A stretch of DNA of 64,000 nt, from the NCBI GenBank assembly GCA_040954595.2, contig CM082595.2:2775943-2839942 (forward strand), written 5' to 3'. This document shows positions 25,010 through 39,041 of the stretch, one piece after another. Position 1 is the stretch's first letter; every line of letters begins with the position of its first letter. Both the position numbers and the translations under genes were made by a program. This DNA comes from Balanoglossus misakiensis. Taxonomy: Eukaryota > Animalia > Hemichordata. Under the pieces are notes generated by a model. It saw only the letters and a program-made list of their open reading frames with translations, had not been told where the DNA came from and ran no database searches.

Positions 25010-25150
25010 GCCGCATGTGTGTCCGTACCAGGAGGTGACCATGGTTGGCCACCGGCAACCTTGTGTCCGAGCCTTCACTCGAATGGTCAAAGTCTGGAAG
25101 CAAAACTGCGGATATTCTAACAGCAACTGGTGCGTTGGTTACGAGCGAAG
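25010..25150 (+). CDS. MEGF6: MEGF6-like exon 2, N-terminal half of EMI domain: PHVCPYQEVTMVGHRQPCVRAFTRMVKVWKQNCGYSNSNWCVGYER(R)
   Basis: Pyrimidine-rich tract plus TTGCAG acceptor at 25009; AAG|GTGAGT donor at 25151; phase 2-2. Peptide aligns with the remembered human MEGF6 segment PHVCAEQELTLVGRRQPCVQALSHTVPVWKAGCG-WQAWCVGHERR. Confidence 0.95.
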
Positions 25151-25688
25151 GTGAGTCTCTTTGTCTGGCTTGTTTCTGTGAAAACAGTAACTCAGGAAAC
25201 GTGTACCGCGGTTCATTTACTATTTCAATTAGTTGTTTGCGAGGCGACCGACTTCCTATTTGAACATTCCGTCGTTCCTGTTATTATTACGTCGCCCGGC
25301 CCCCGTACGCCTCCACACTGCGGCCGGTTGCCAACAGCCGATGTCCGGTGATCTTTCCGGAGAGCAGAGGTCAACGAGATTGTTTTGTCGGACGCAGCTG
25401 TGATACAGTAAGTCTAGTCGCTCACGAGAAGTTCCCTGTCCAGAAGCCTCTCACCTCTTCCGTTTTTCTCAGAAGAAAAAGTTTTGTAAAAAATCGAAAA
25501 TAAAAGTAAAGTGACCAAAAAAGTTTTTGATGGACAAGAAACCTGGTACACAACAGCAAAAAAATAGAATTTGCAAAAATGACCAAAAGTTAAAAAAATA
25601 CTTATGATACATCAATTTAAAAAATGACATTATGAGTTCATTTATTGATGTTATTTTTTTTTAATATTTCTCAATTATTTAATTTCAG

Positions 25689-25798
25689 GACGGCGTACTA
25701 CACAACATACAAGACGGTCTACCAGAGCACATTAACGACAACGTACAAATGCTGTGCTGGGTACTCGCAACTGAACGGAGAAGCTGGCTGCATGTATC
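25689..25798 (+). CDS. MEGF6: MEGF6-like exon 3, C-terminal half of EMI domain: TAYYTTYKTVYQSTLTTTYKCCAGYSQLNGEAGCMY(P)
   Basis: TTTCAG acceptor at 25688; C|GTAAGT donor at 25799; phase 2-1. Carries the EMI C-terminal Y..Y...CC.GY signature (human MEGF6, from memory: TVYYMGYRQVYTTEARTVLRCCRGW...EEGCL). Confidence 0.95.
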
Positions 25799-27790
25799 GT
25801 AAGTACTCTTATCGTGGCCTCTATCCACCTCTGATGCCCCTAGTGCTCTTAGAAGAGCTGTGCTTCGTGACTTTAAACCGGCCGTGGATATTCATGATTA
25901 GGTCTGAAGTATTTTGCACGAGATGCTGTTAAACTCCACCAAGTGGGTGATAAACTCTCTGTACCGTGCAGGTTTTTTTTTACTGTCTGGATGTCCTTTG
26001 GTTTGTTTATGTTAAAAAGGTCAGGATGGAAGGGATGTTTTGTGGATCAAGTTTAAGACATCTTGCGCGCTGTGTCTCATAAAAACGTCAAAAAATCAAT
26101 AAGCCTTTATACTGGGATGGATTTAGTGAGGGCAGCACTTTTTGCACCCAGCAGAGACAGGAAATTCTTGTCAGTGACATGGATTTCGAGATACTTGTAA
26201 AGTTTCCAACAACGATGACCTGGGATTGTGTGCCCATTTAGTTGGAATGTCATAGGATGGTAGGGTTCGTAAAGTTCGACATAACTTTCTCTGGCTCATA
26301 AAGTGCGGGGGAAACCTTTACAGTATGACCTTGTCAGGAACAACTATTAGTTATTTCTTAGCATAAAAAAACTAAGTGAACTGTGTTTGTGTATGACTGT
26401 CAGCTGGAATGATGTAAAAATGGTGTGGTTTGTTTAATTCTGATTATCATAGAAACAAAATGCTTTCTTCATTCAGTATTTGCTGTTACAACTTTGAGAT
26501 GCATCATATTTAACCTGTTCACTCCTGTTTCTTGGTGTAGTGGCCCAACTTTGTCTTTTAAAACAAAGACACCATCAGACAAACCTCTGTTGGTGACAGA
26601 ACCGAGACTCTAAAAGACACCAAGGTGTCAACAATTGTGTGAAAAAGCCTAAATCTTTTGTTTGTTGTGTTCCCGCAAAACATTTAGTATCACTGTGAAT
26701 TATTCCAGTTGTGCTAATGAATAGTTCGGTAGACCTAGAGTCGATTTTGAGACTACAGCACGGTTGGAGATATTTGTCGCTTGAGTGTGATTAGCTTTGA
26801 TTTCAATGGCGCTATTGTTTATGCTTAATTGCTGTGGACTTGGACTGATGTGAGGGGTTTCGTTAAACAGCAGTTATAGCTTTTGTTAATTTGCTCTTCA
26901 AAAATAAGAAAGGTTTTTGTTGTGAGCCCATGAACCGTACTCCCTGTTGGGATCACACAGACCAAAGGCAAGTTTGCCAACATCCTATTATGATCAAGGT
27001 TACATCACTTTGCCTGACCAAAGCACTTTCAGACTTTATAAACCAATTGGCTGCCAAATTTTGGACCAATCCTATAGTATACTTCTAATAATGCAGTTGG
27101 ACCCAACTACAAAGAAGTGGGGGTGAGAGGGTTACACCTCTTTAGAGAATGGAACATAATGCAAATGTGGATGAGGAATTTGCATATGCAGACTCTCCAG
27201 CTAATTCTCTGTAGTATGCAAATTACTCCTAACAAAAACCATGGCTACAGCCAATCAGGAGGCAGGGAACAGCCCAGTATCAGTGACATCACCATAACTT
27301 TAGATTATTTAGTCTTTTTACCCAGTTCTAAATAACTGAAAGTATCAGATTAACTCTAAATAAATAAATCCACATGGCGAAGGATAACTTAATACCACTT
27401 ATCAAAGGGCTAGTTGTTCGAAAAGCAAAACGCTGGTTTTCCCCTCTGGGTAAACTGAGTGAGGTCACCCAATAAAAACCAAAGATACTCATTAGCAGTT
27501 AATTAGTTGATATATTTTAATTAAATTTGACCAAATTGTTGATAAACTGATACACTGTTTGTTTAGTCCAGTGATGTGCTTACGCTTGCACTGTAAACCA
27601 GACTTTTTCATCCCTAATGCTCTTTTAATGGTTTCAACTTTCTAGAATTTAATGTTATGGCTTGGCAAATTTTATTGATATGTCTACATGTCTGCTCTAA
27701 TTACTTACTGTGAGCTTGTAGCCTGTTCTAGAGGTAACACAGTCAAAGCTGCAGATCAAATGTCAAACCCAGTAAAGAAACTGTACAGTG

Positions 27791-27925
27791 TAAGGGGAGA
27801 ACCATTTGATTTCTGGTGGGAGGGGGGGGGGGGGGGGACTTTTGGATAAATTGCTGAAACAGTGGCTGAAATGCTGACATACCAAAGAGCTCCATCCCCC
27901 CAGAAATCTAATGGTTCTCCCCTAA
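27791..27925. mobile_element. PIF/Harbinger-like MITE, short copy
   Basis: About 23-bp TIRs GGGGAGAACCATTTGATTTCTGG / CCAGAAATCTAATGGTTCTCCCC (1 mismatch) flanked by TAA...TAA; same family as 48528-48733. Confidence 0.8.
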
Positions 27926-29630
27926 ATGGGTTTTCCTATCCGTTTGCTGTCCATTGGCCTGCCAGCATAGTAGGCAGTCAGAGTGGATATTCCATTATTA
28001 ACAGAGGTTGGGTCAGATCAGTACCTTGAAAACCAGGTACTTATTCCATAGTATTGTGCTGTCAAATGGTGCAAACATGTATGCTGTTTAAAATTGTTTG
28101 ATATGATGAATATAGGATAATCTTCAGTCAAAAAAGAGCACTTTGGGGAACACAAATGGTTGTATAGTTCTTTATCTCTTGGTCTCAGCAGAAGTAATTA
28201 AAGATAATTATGGGTAATCATACATGCCTGAATTATCTCATTGCCGTCTTTTATGCACAAAAATCTGTGCCTGGGCTTCTAAGGAATTCCTAACTGTAAT
28301 TACAGCCAGTCTTTAAATGGAAGAGCTATTTTAAGATGTTTTCCACCATTGATAGGATTTCTAATATATGTTGAGGGTTTTTAGTGGCTTGTGTTTTCAC
28401 AACAAGTTTTACGTGTCGGACCACATCCTCTCATTTGAGAACAGTTCGGCCAACAATATATTGCCTGGTCTTTATATCTATGGCTATTATGTTATTAAAG
28501 AATGCCTGTAGTACTACTACACAGAAATACTGACTTGTATATTCGAGGGTTGTGCATTACCGAATAGGTGGCCTTCATAAGTAAGTGAATGAATCAGGGT
28601 TCCCGCTGGTACGATCAATGCCAACTCTAGGTTGATCCAGACCAGCGAAGCTAACAAGGGGAACTAAAAATAAGTGATGAATGGATGTATTATTAAACGG
28701 TCGTTTCACGAGGTTACTGATGAAGTCATTTCGATGTGTGAGATCATTGACATTTAGCGAAAATCGTGTGTGCCGTTATTGGGCTATTTAAAGAGTACCA
28801 CAGTTGGCATCTAATAGTTGTGACCGTGTATTGATAAGTTTGTGGTAATTCCACTATGCAGCTTTGATAGGTTTAAATCAACAAATTAGGCAGACAATGG
28901 GGAAGATTTTGAAACTGAGTCGCAGAAGTTGTACGGACAAATGATTTCCGGGGACAACTGGTGATAGGATGCCAGGACTGATTTGTATTCTGAAATGTCC
29001 TAGCGATTTGACAGTGTATTGGTCGACAAGTTGGGACAGAGTTAAAGGGTAGGGCATCGTTTGTGATTGGGCGTCATTAAGCTGTTTAAAAACACACCGT
29101 TATGCGAGGGTCATCTCTGTGAAATCGGTTCTTTGTCGGTGTGTGAGGATCAAGATTTTGTATTGTTGGAACACCTTGGCCAATCCTTGTATATGTGGTG
29201 GATGATCAAGTCAGTTGTCACAACTAGTTTGAAAACAATCAATTATGCAAATAAAAACAAGCGATCACAAGAGAAGGGAAATCCAAAGAAAGATAGAATG
29301 AATGCAGTCTCTGTACCTGTCGGGCGGCAAATATTTATGGAGAAGATTTGTCAAATTAGCCTGGTATGTTGTCTTCCATTGTAGTGGAACAAACCCTAGG
29401 TCAATGAATTGCTTATTTGTTGGGTGATATTGACATTGACAATGCCCGGTACCAAGTGCGGTTGTTTGTTCGCGGCACAAAGAGTAAAATGCTGGGCTGA
29501 GTAGAGATGAATGGGACACTGTGGTGTAATGAATCTAGCCTTGTGATCAGAAATACAAGGATGGATTAAGAGTATTTTAGTCCGAAAAAAGGTCAGATTG
29601 GATGAAATGAAAACCCTGACGTGTTGTTGG

Positions 29631-29801
29631 CAGTGTTCCCTCTATAACAAACATCATTTTTAAAAGCTTTGCGTTAACTTGACGATTTCTAGAAATTTCA
29701 CTGAGTCAGCCCTATACCATTGCATGTTGGGATAATTTTCTCGAGTCACCAGTGAGTTTGTTGAGTCAGTGGAGCATCACATGGCCTTAGAGAGCACACT
29801 G
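29631..29801. mobile_element. hAT-like MITE
   Basis: Imperfect 14-bp TIRs CAGTGTTCCCTCTA / TAGAGAGCACACTG; 8-bp TSD GTTGTTGG (29623-29630) / GTGGTTGG (29802-29809), 7 of 8 matching. Confidence 0.7.
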
Positions 29802-31111
29802 GTGGTTGGGTTCCTCTGGAACTGACAGTGTGAATGGTTCACTGATTGTTTTCTGTCAGGATGATAAATTTAGCATGCGTAAAGTGAACAGAAAAAGGTT
29901 GAAAGTTTAAAACTGAGTGTAGACCTCACATGGGTGAAATCTTTTGGTCAGGGTGTCGTGACCCCAAAATGAACGTAACCTGAGAATGGCCGCTGCAAAG
30001 CACAAAGAGCTGTCAGGAAAAGCACTTGCAGAGAAAATATTCCCGAAAGAAGTTTTTAAACAAACAAAAAGTATGAAGCAATTAAGTTGGAAGAAAAAAA
30101 ATGAGTCCACTTGGTTTTATCTGGAGGGAAGAGGCCAAATCCTTGGGGTTGTATATTCAGATCGGAGAACAGATACCTGCAGGGTCAGCATGGTTGTGTT
30201 TATATGTCTGAAAGGGTTTGATTTCCTCTAATCGATCTCGCTCGCCAAGGATTTTTTAAAAGGGGAGGAAAATTGAAACAGTGTATCCAATTTAAGTGTT
30301 TAGAGGTCACACCAGGCAAAGTTGATGAAATTGGTACTGAAGAGTTGATGCCTATTAAGCTGCAGTGAGCGAAAATCGCAGTCTCAACAACCATCTGTGA
30401 TTTTGTCTTTAAAGGGCAACGATCCTCATATGTGCATGTACCAAACCAGAGACTCTGGTTACAAAATTGTATACAGTAAATGTAGTTTCAACCATGGTTT
30501 ATAGTTCTGAGTAACATGTACGTGCAAATATTATTTTTGAGTGGGGGAGTTGCTAACTGTAAAAATTGTCTAGACATAGTTATAACTCAATATGATTTAT
30601 AGATTTTACCTATATTGGTGTATATATCGTGATTGATCTGAGATTGTGTGTTTGAAAAGGCAAATTTTTAAAACAACTCTAAAATCATTGATGGTGGTAT
30701 TACTGATAATGTTGTTGTGAGTTACAGTCAAAATTTGATATCTGGAAAGAGCAAAGATGCTCATCTGTTCTGTAAATTGTGATGTTATTCAACCTTGTTG
30801 TATGATAGCAACACTCCGATCCCACCTTGTTGCAGCTGTTTCTTATCTCCCGTGAAACTGCATTCAATTTAACCGGAAAGTAGTCCCAGTATTCGAAGGT
30901 ATTCGACAGATTAATAGCTGTAGAAATTTGCCAGAGTGTTACGAGAGACTTTTGTTCATTGAAAAAGCAACCTCAAAATACCACACTCTGGTATGCCTGG
31001 AGCACTTCCAAGAAATCACCAACTCACTTCAAATATGGAAGAAGAAATTTGTTGTTTACAAACAGCAAAGTGGGACAGGTGTGGTTCTGATGATGGTTAA
31101 TTGCCCTTTAA

Positions 31112-31206
31112 TTAACCCTTTCACCACCATGGTTTGGTCCAGATCCATTGTTTTCTATGGAAAGGTTGGACCTCTGTAGATGGAACTGGGGGTGAAAGTG
31201 GGTTAA
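31112..31206 (+). mobile_element. piggyBac-like ~95-bp MITE, copy 1
   Basis: TTAA-CCCTTTCACC ... GGTGAAAG(T)GGG-TTAA; the internal sequence recurs at 36647, 42660 and 46004. Confidence 0.8.
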
Positions 31207-34200
31207 CAGAGATACGGTGATGACTTTGTCGTTTTCAACAACAGAATTCAAAGTTTTCTTTTCGAGTCAACACAGTTTGGTTTCCATTCGAATGCAAGTG
31301 TTTGTCAAGTTGAATAACGTTATCTAATGCAAAATTTTGGGTGTCAATCCCAGATTTCTTGCGTGACTAGCGGATAGCCTGGAGCAAAATATGACCAATT
31401 GTTTTGGATGAAGGGTAGGAATTTGTTGTTTTGGCAAACTGTTGTGCTCATGTTGTAAATAGTTTGGCTTGGAAGGTACCCAGAAGTCCCAATGTCCCAG
31501 AATGTAGGTCAGTCAGTCTCAGAAATATTGGAGGAATTTGGTCAAGAAAGGGCATTATGTACTTTGCTAATTCTACTGGCGTTACTTAACCGCTAACTGG
31601 ACAGAAATGGTGATGGCTAATACACCATTGGCTTTGGTTTATTCTGTTACTTGTACTAGAGATTGTCTTGCTGGAATATTCATTTTCTATCTGAAGTCAC
31701 CACTTAGTGTGTACAATGCCTTGATTCAAGGATGGTGTAATATATGAACCTGCCCACCCTTGCTGCCCTGTAAATGGGCCCAACCTTACCATTGAAGACA
31801 GTGGAACATACCAAATAAGGGCAATAAAAGGGGGAGAGGGAAGGACAGTGTAAAACAACATCTAGGTAGGTCCAACCTGGACATTTGAAACCACGGGGTT
31901 GATTTCTATTCTAGTGGAAAGGGGATAGCGTTACGCAGATTGTATTTTTGCTACAAAAGTACATCATGTTTGCACACAACATTAACTCAGAAAGGAACTT
32001 CTGATGTAGCAGTGAGCTTGATTGCAGAAATCTCAACGCAAGGTCAAAATTAGCTAGGCCACCTAGAGTACACATACACACCAATTAACAGCAGATACAG
32101 CCTGGTACAAGTATAATTTCAATCATAATATAATCTTTTATATAACCAATAAATCACAATTTTACGATAGTGATATCCAAAATTTGGGTCAGATTTCTAG
32201 ATAAGGATCTGTGGGTGAACATTTCAAGATTTGTTGTACATGTTAATTTGTTTGTTTTTAGCACTTTGTAAAGATGTTATCAATATGGATTGGTCTATTG
32301 ATTTCAGTGAGCCTTGGCGGTATTTCTCAAATCTTTTCGTTGGTTGAAAGGTGCTTTTATCAATGACCCTTGCACCGTCTTACTTTTTTTCTCGCCCTTC
32401 GATTTCGACATCAAATTGGGACCACTCAACTATAAAATGGGGTGGGACGGTGTGAAAGTCTGGAGAAGTAGTTTCGAAGTTATCCAGCATGTTGTTGAGG
32501 TTCAGTGGTTATCAAGATGACCAGCTTGATACAAAAAAAGCCAAACTTGTCCTCTTGAAGAATAAATTTTGTTTGATCGTACTTTCCTTTGTGAAAGGTG
32601 TACCAGCTAGTTTGATCAAATGTGACTGGGTCACTTGAAAGATGGATATCTGGGGATACTGGCAATAGCGTATTACAGTTTTATTACTTTAACATGAAGG
32701 ATCTTCGTACATTCTTTTTCAGCAGAATGTGCGATATAGCCTTCAATTCTGACATTGCAAATTATCGTCATGGAGATTAAGCCAACTTAAGTTCATGAGG
32801 TTGGTCATAAATTTGTAATTTCTCAAGGACCATGAGTCAGTCTTAAGATTTGACACTATACATTAACCACAGTAGTTGACCAGAATGTTGGATTCTGACA
32901 TGATCATAGGTTGTCATGGTAATTCCAAATTGACAGGAAATGTAGTAAGTTAATTAAATATACACCAAGTAGCTCGACCGATGGGTGTCTGGGTGTGGTA
33001 GTGAGGAACTAGTCTGCCCACACTTATGTACTTTAACAGCGATTTGGAAGCATTTGGAGTGAAATATTAACAAAGTTCTGACGCAATATTACCTTGGTGA
33101 GATTGGCAAAGATCTGTGAAATGTTAACATTATGTGAAGTAACACAGATGCCCTGTGTAACGGTGCTTAGCCTTGTTTACCTTGATAGCAATTCCAAAGA
33201 TGATGGCTGTCTATGAACAGTTAGTTGTTTGTAGTCTGGTATACTAGTAGAAGGTGGTGTTCTTTTGCGGGTTTCGCTGGTATTTGGCAAAGCCTTGGAG
33301 TTAAACCTGAAAGACCAAAAAACAGAAAATGTCTTTGGTTTATCTTTCATCAAATGTAACCTGGCATTTATGAAATGTTGGATTGTTACTGGGAAAGAGG
33401 GTTCTCGGAGCAGTTGCAGTGAATGAAAAAAAACCTAGAGTGGTCCTGGTAGAATGGATATAGGACCACTTCTTAAATGTTGAGGAGGTAAACAGCGTGT
33501 TTTGAATAAAGTCTCGCAGTGGCTGCAACAATGCCAGTCGGGTGTGATATGCTCTTCTGTGTAGTCTAGACATGCATTATCTAGTGAGTGCGTGACTCAA
33601 GTGGTTTCCTTGACAACAGTCGGTTGCCGACCCCCCCCCCCTCTCCACTGTTCTCACTTCCCAGGTGCACATGGTCCCCTCGAAATTAAAAATAATCTCT
33701 GTGTCAAGTGTGCGAACTGGATAACGTGAAAAAAATTTGGACATTTTTTCTCAAGGTTCTTCTGTTTCCGATGTGACCATTCATTGATACGTTAGTCAGG
33801 TTGGCTTATGTTCAAAACGGGAGATCTTTTTTCAAAGATTTGTGTCGAGTTCTCCGCTCTCTGCCACACAGATCGTGTCCCATCTGACTTGGGTATTGTT
33901 GACAGTGCAAGTGCCTGTCCTTTTTCAACGATTGGAATTTGGATGGCTTGACAAAAAAACAACACAGAGCAGTGTTGTTCGATAGCACAATGACCCGCGT
34001 TTGGGAAATACCCAAAATGAAGACAAGAAAAGGCAAAAGCATAGGGGTGTGTAGGATCGAGACACTGAAATCAGAGTTCAAAGAAATGTACTGTAGACTT
34101 AAACGGAGGTTGTCCCAGGAAGTATAATAGACTTGGGGTTTGGGTGTCAACAATGGATTTTTTGGCCTCACGCAGGAACTACGCTACAAGGTGCAATTGA

Positions 34201-36646
34201 GGACATATTAAGTAATTATGCATTTTTTGTGGATCGATTCATTAAAAAGTAGCACAAGACATTAAATTGGGAGGTGACGGATGAAGATCAAACTTCACGA
34301 GTTGTCAAATTGTCAGAAATTTGTGAAATCACAGAGAGTCCGTGGTGAAATCTAGCTTAGCCTTTTACCGTCACACTGAATTGGTGTACGGCCCTGTGAG
34401 AGTTAAACTGTCTGGTTGATAATCAGTGTTAATTTTACGATTCAGAGATTTTATAACTGCACTTGTTCCATTTCCATAATCATATATCAAAGTAAAAAGT
34501 CATGATTTATGAGACCAGTCAGATCTTGCTTTGAAGCTGTACAGGTTTCATTTGTGTGAGATTTTATGTTTTGAAATATTCTTCAATTTCTTCGTGTAGA
34601 AAACAAAGAAAACACTGTTTATACGCAGTATGCTTTGAAAGATTTGCACTTTTTGAACTTTGCGAGTCACATGAGGTTAAACGCAAGTAGGATTTCAACA
34701 TGCGTCAAAACCATTGAAGAATAAGAATGTATAGTTTCCCCTGGGGAGGTGGTGAACCAGAGAGCAAAGCAAATAAATAAACTGCCCAGACAAGGGTGTT
34801 GTGAACTCAACTAGTCAAGCGCTGTGTCTCCAGAACTCTTTAAAATATAATAAGTATAAATAGGAGACTGTGTTTGAATGGAAAAGTTTACATACACTTA
34901 GATTAGGTAAATAAATATGGTTTGTGTTTGGGGACACGAAATGGCGGCCTTGGATGAATGGAGTGGGTGTCATTCATGCGTGACTATTGGGTCAGCCGAG
35001 ACCCTGATCTTGTGTGTTTGGAGGTGCCCAGGAGAGTATAAACAACTAACAAACAAACAGTACATGATCTGTCTGTCTGTCTGTCGGTCGGTCTGTCTGG
35101 TGAAATTGTTGAAATATTTATCTTTTCTGTCTGCGGGGTTGATAAAGAGTTCAGCCAAGCTGGAAGGTGTGAATTAACATGAATCTGTAATTTCATGTCT
35201 GGAGTTATCAACTTTCATACTGAACCAAGTAAACAGGCACAAATAAACACGCTGAGGTCAAGGCATCTCGGGACGTCATAGAACTCAGATCTCGGAAAAA
35301 ATATGGCAGATTTATAATGTATTTAGAGTCTGCCAAGCATCATGTTTGACAGGACTGGTAGAAAATTTGCAAAATATGTCACACGGTGCTAAGCGACATC
35401 CGTTATAGCCAAGGCAATTAAATTTCACTACCTTGTTGGAAACTGTTTCATTTCTTCTCGGAAACGAAACCGAAAGGTGCAGTCTACCATTTTTGCAGAG
35501 TCTCTTGAGAGTGTACTTGATCGTTTTCTTGTGAAAATGTTCAAATATTTACCATGAAACATAGGGTCTCAGTTTCAAGAGTTTGATGAACTCTTGTTTG
35601 GCTTTTGTCAATGGTTGAGTATTTTATCATAGTGGGGGAGGGAGGGAATGTGGAAAGAGACGAATAAAACAAGGATCATAGCAATAATAAGTTCAATTAT
35701 GGGAATTTGATTATCTTTTATGAAGAAAGAAGTTGCAGTTTCAGCAGTTTTTGTTGATCCCAGAATTATGAAAAGTCAAAACAGTTGAAATTTCCAAATT
35801 GAACAACCCCTTCCCCCCTTCCACAATCCTTACCAGAGTAGATCATGCCCCTGAAGCTGGGCTAGATGGCTTTAGATTTATCAGACAGGGGTGGACAACA
35901 CTGGTGCTCATTAATTGATACTAAATATCTGTAGTTATCACCAATTAGCACGTTTCTATGATTAAGTTTGAGAAATCAGTTAGGCATCTCTGAAGTACCT
36001 TGTTGACCTTTGCAATTGCTTTGATTAGGGTCCTCTGAAAAGATTTAGGGAGATAATGGATTTGGCTATGATAAATTAAAAAAGACTTAAATGATAGGGT
36101 ATAATTACATATAATTACATCAGCATTTACAGAGGTTGTTTTTCACTGGCAACTTTGGAAGGCTGATTGGGCAGGCACCATGTTTTATTGAGTTCTAAGA
36201 AAACAAACTAGTGTTGTTTGCATCGAAAACTGGTGAAGGAAAAGAAAGTTGTCCCCCTCCCTAAAACTTGCTGACTTTAATACTCCCTTGAAGCTGCAAA
36301 ATTTTGGTTAAGCCAGTTAAACACAAATTCAGTGTCTGCTTCATAAATGTAATTACTTATTCATGACCAATGCAACTACCTGACCAATCAGAAGTGTGGT
36401 CAACTTTACCATGTCTTTCACCCTTTCTGACACTTGTCAGCCACAATATGTGGTGTTTTTGTTTCCATTGCAAAATTGACTCAGTTTTGAAGGCAGATGT
36501 TGCTTCAGATGGAAAAGCAAGAAAAAATGCCCCGTTAGCAGTCACTGCAAACTGAAGAACTTTAGAAACAAACCATTTCAGAAGGGCTCCAAACTAAAGA
36601 AAGTTAGCTGTAAAGCAGTTCAGTTGCATTCAATTTAATAAGCAAA

Positions 36647-36740
36647 TTACCACTTTCGACCAACATGGTTTGGTCCAAATTCATTGTTTTCTATGGTAAA
36701 GCTGGACCTCTACAAAGGAAAACAGGGATGGGAGGGTTAA
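36647..36740 (+). mobile_element. piggyBac-like ~95-bp MITE, diverged copy 2
   Basis: Shares CATGGTTTGGTCCA...CATTGTTTTCTATGG...TGGACCTCT with 31112-31206; ends AGGGTTAA. Confidence 0.75.
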
Positions 36741-38829
36741 GCTGTATCAGGGGCTCCACAGTAGCAGACAAACAGAGTACACACTGAAAAAAACTTTCAC
36801 AATTTGAGGAATTTCACGAAGACAAGGTTTTCGCCCCCCAGCAGAACACATGTCGGTCGAGTAGCAATTGTAAGATTCTCTTCTGTGTCTCTGAGACTCG
36901 TCTATTACACAGTTTATACCACAGTTTACTTTGCCTACCCAAACAACTGTTTCACCAACTCCTCAAACAAGAATAGCCTAGAGGGGGGTTAATTAAATCC
37001 ATTGTTTCGGCAATTGTCTAGTTGGTGTTCGACAGATCCAACAAAGCATGTAGCGGTGATGTGAAGTGGTTCGAATGGCAGCAACATTCTAAAGCAACCA
37101 CTCGGGAAGACTCTGTGGTTCATGATCCAAGATTAATTAGCTCACTTGCAAAGCACTTAAAAGATGACACTATAATACTGCAGAACGCAGAGATATTTCC
37201 ACCACTTTCCTCAATCTCTACTTGGAAAAGTTTCTGATTTTCTTGCAGTTATATCGACAACTTGTCTGCTTACAGCGCAAAAACATGAAATTGCCTCATT
37301 ATTTTTTGCAAAATTTACACTCTTACAAAATGGTTTGAACTTTGATTTGAAACCAGTTAGTGCATAATCACCAATATAAAGTTATGTTGTCTAGTTTTAT
37401 AAAAACAAAGATTTGACAGGTTTGTTTTGTTTTGTTTGGTGAATGCCAGCTCTTTAAGAAATGATACCGGGGAATGGAGATTCTGTTACTTTCGGAGCAG
37501 TGTAACTTTTATCGCATGAGGTTCGCCTCATCATGTGATGGCAAACCGGGGTTGGTGACTGACATTGAGAGTTGTCTCCGCCCAGCACGAAAGAAGCAAC
37601 TGCTTACATAACATCTAGGTGTGGAATGCCGTGTGTTTTGTCCCTGCAAAAATTTTGTCACTCATCGGAGTCAATCACTATTCATTGCGTTTTCACTCAA
37701 GGTTGGCTGAATTGTCTGGGAAGACGTTTAACAAGGGTGTCACCCGCCCCTCCAATAGTATCTATGACTGCAGAGGAGTGTTTTGCATTTAACGGCACTC
37801 AGGGTTCTGAATAGCCGAGCCTGTTTTTCAACTCAAAGATTTGCCATCTACACTACACTGCTAATTGCTTGATGATTCTCTTGGCCATCGAAAATGAACA
37901 GAAACGCTGGATTCAGTCGGTTTAACCCATTCTCGGGATATAACAAACGCAATATGCATGAAATGCTAATCCTAACCGTACTTCTTCAGGTCATTGGTTT
38001 TCCAAAAAGTCTTTGCCGCAAATACGATCAGCGAGATCGGCTAAGAAATAGTGGGTTAAACTCAAAGCCTAAGTCTGTCCATTCAAGGCTTACAGAAAAC
38101 AATATGCATCCTCTAAATACCATTACAGTGCACTGACATGCATTCCCCAAATGCAGTGTTTGTTTGAAGGAAGTTGCATTGAAGGAGAACGATTACGTTT
38201 CTTTTCCCAGACCCACATCAAAAGTCAATTTTTAAGCTGTGGAAATTATGTACGAGGGTATGTCGACCATTAAACCTTTAGTCAGCAAGATGATTTGACA
38301 TTGCTGTGAAACAGGGGTCTTAGCGTTCATATTGGAGCATTATCTGATGTGGATTTCTACTCCAACTTGTGTTGCTTTTTCGGATTATCGCCGATAACAT
38401 GCACTCGTTCTGTCAAGCACTTTCAATTTGTTTAACTCTTTTACCGCCAACGAAGTTTGCTGAAACAATTTCGTATTTGTGAGTCAGCAGAATTTTAACC
38501 TTTGCTCTGTTTTACACTCTGGATCTGCAGTGTAACTAAATTGTTTGATTTAGAATTTCACGTCTAGCACAGGATAGTTGAACATACAAAAGTTCAATAT
38601 GAGCAAAGTTTGTTATGATGAAAAAATGATAAGGATTTTTACGTCAGGAGTGAATTCAAAGCTAGATAGTTTTGAAATGTCTAAGTAATCACTGATTATG
38701 TCAAAGCAGGGCTTCTTATAATCAAGACTAAGTACATAATTGAACGTCCAAAAGCTATAATATAGGCACTAAAGTTAGTTGTGATTAAGATTATACGCCA
38801 ACACCTAGATAGTTTTGAAATGTCTAAAT

Positions 38830-39041
38830 TACTGTAAAACACTTTATTTTCGCGAGCAATTAATTTTCGCCAAATACGCGAGAGCCAAAATAGCGTGCAA
38901 ATAAAAAGTCGCTTAAATTGTTTTTGAAGGTAACGATGCAGTGAATGAAATAAGAGAACGCGAAAAATAATACTCGCGAAACAGTGGCCTCTCTCGTTAT
39001 CGCGAAAAATTTAACTCGCGAAAATAAAGTGTTTTACAGTA
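38830..39041. mobile_element. Tc1/mariner-like MITE (TA target site), probably young
   Basis: Perfect 27-bp inverted repeats including the TA: TACTGTAAAACACTTTATTTTCGCGAG / CTCGCGAAAATAAAGTGTTTTACAGTA; internal CGCGAAAA repeats; CpGs retained in a CpG-poor intron. Confidence 0.9.

Noticed and set aside
28715-28765. CTGATGA...GAAA hammerhead-like core
   Set aside because: No stem II directly precedes GAAA, and no stems I/III were found.
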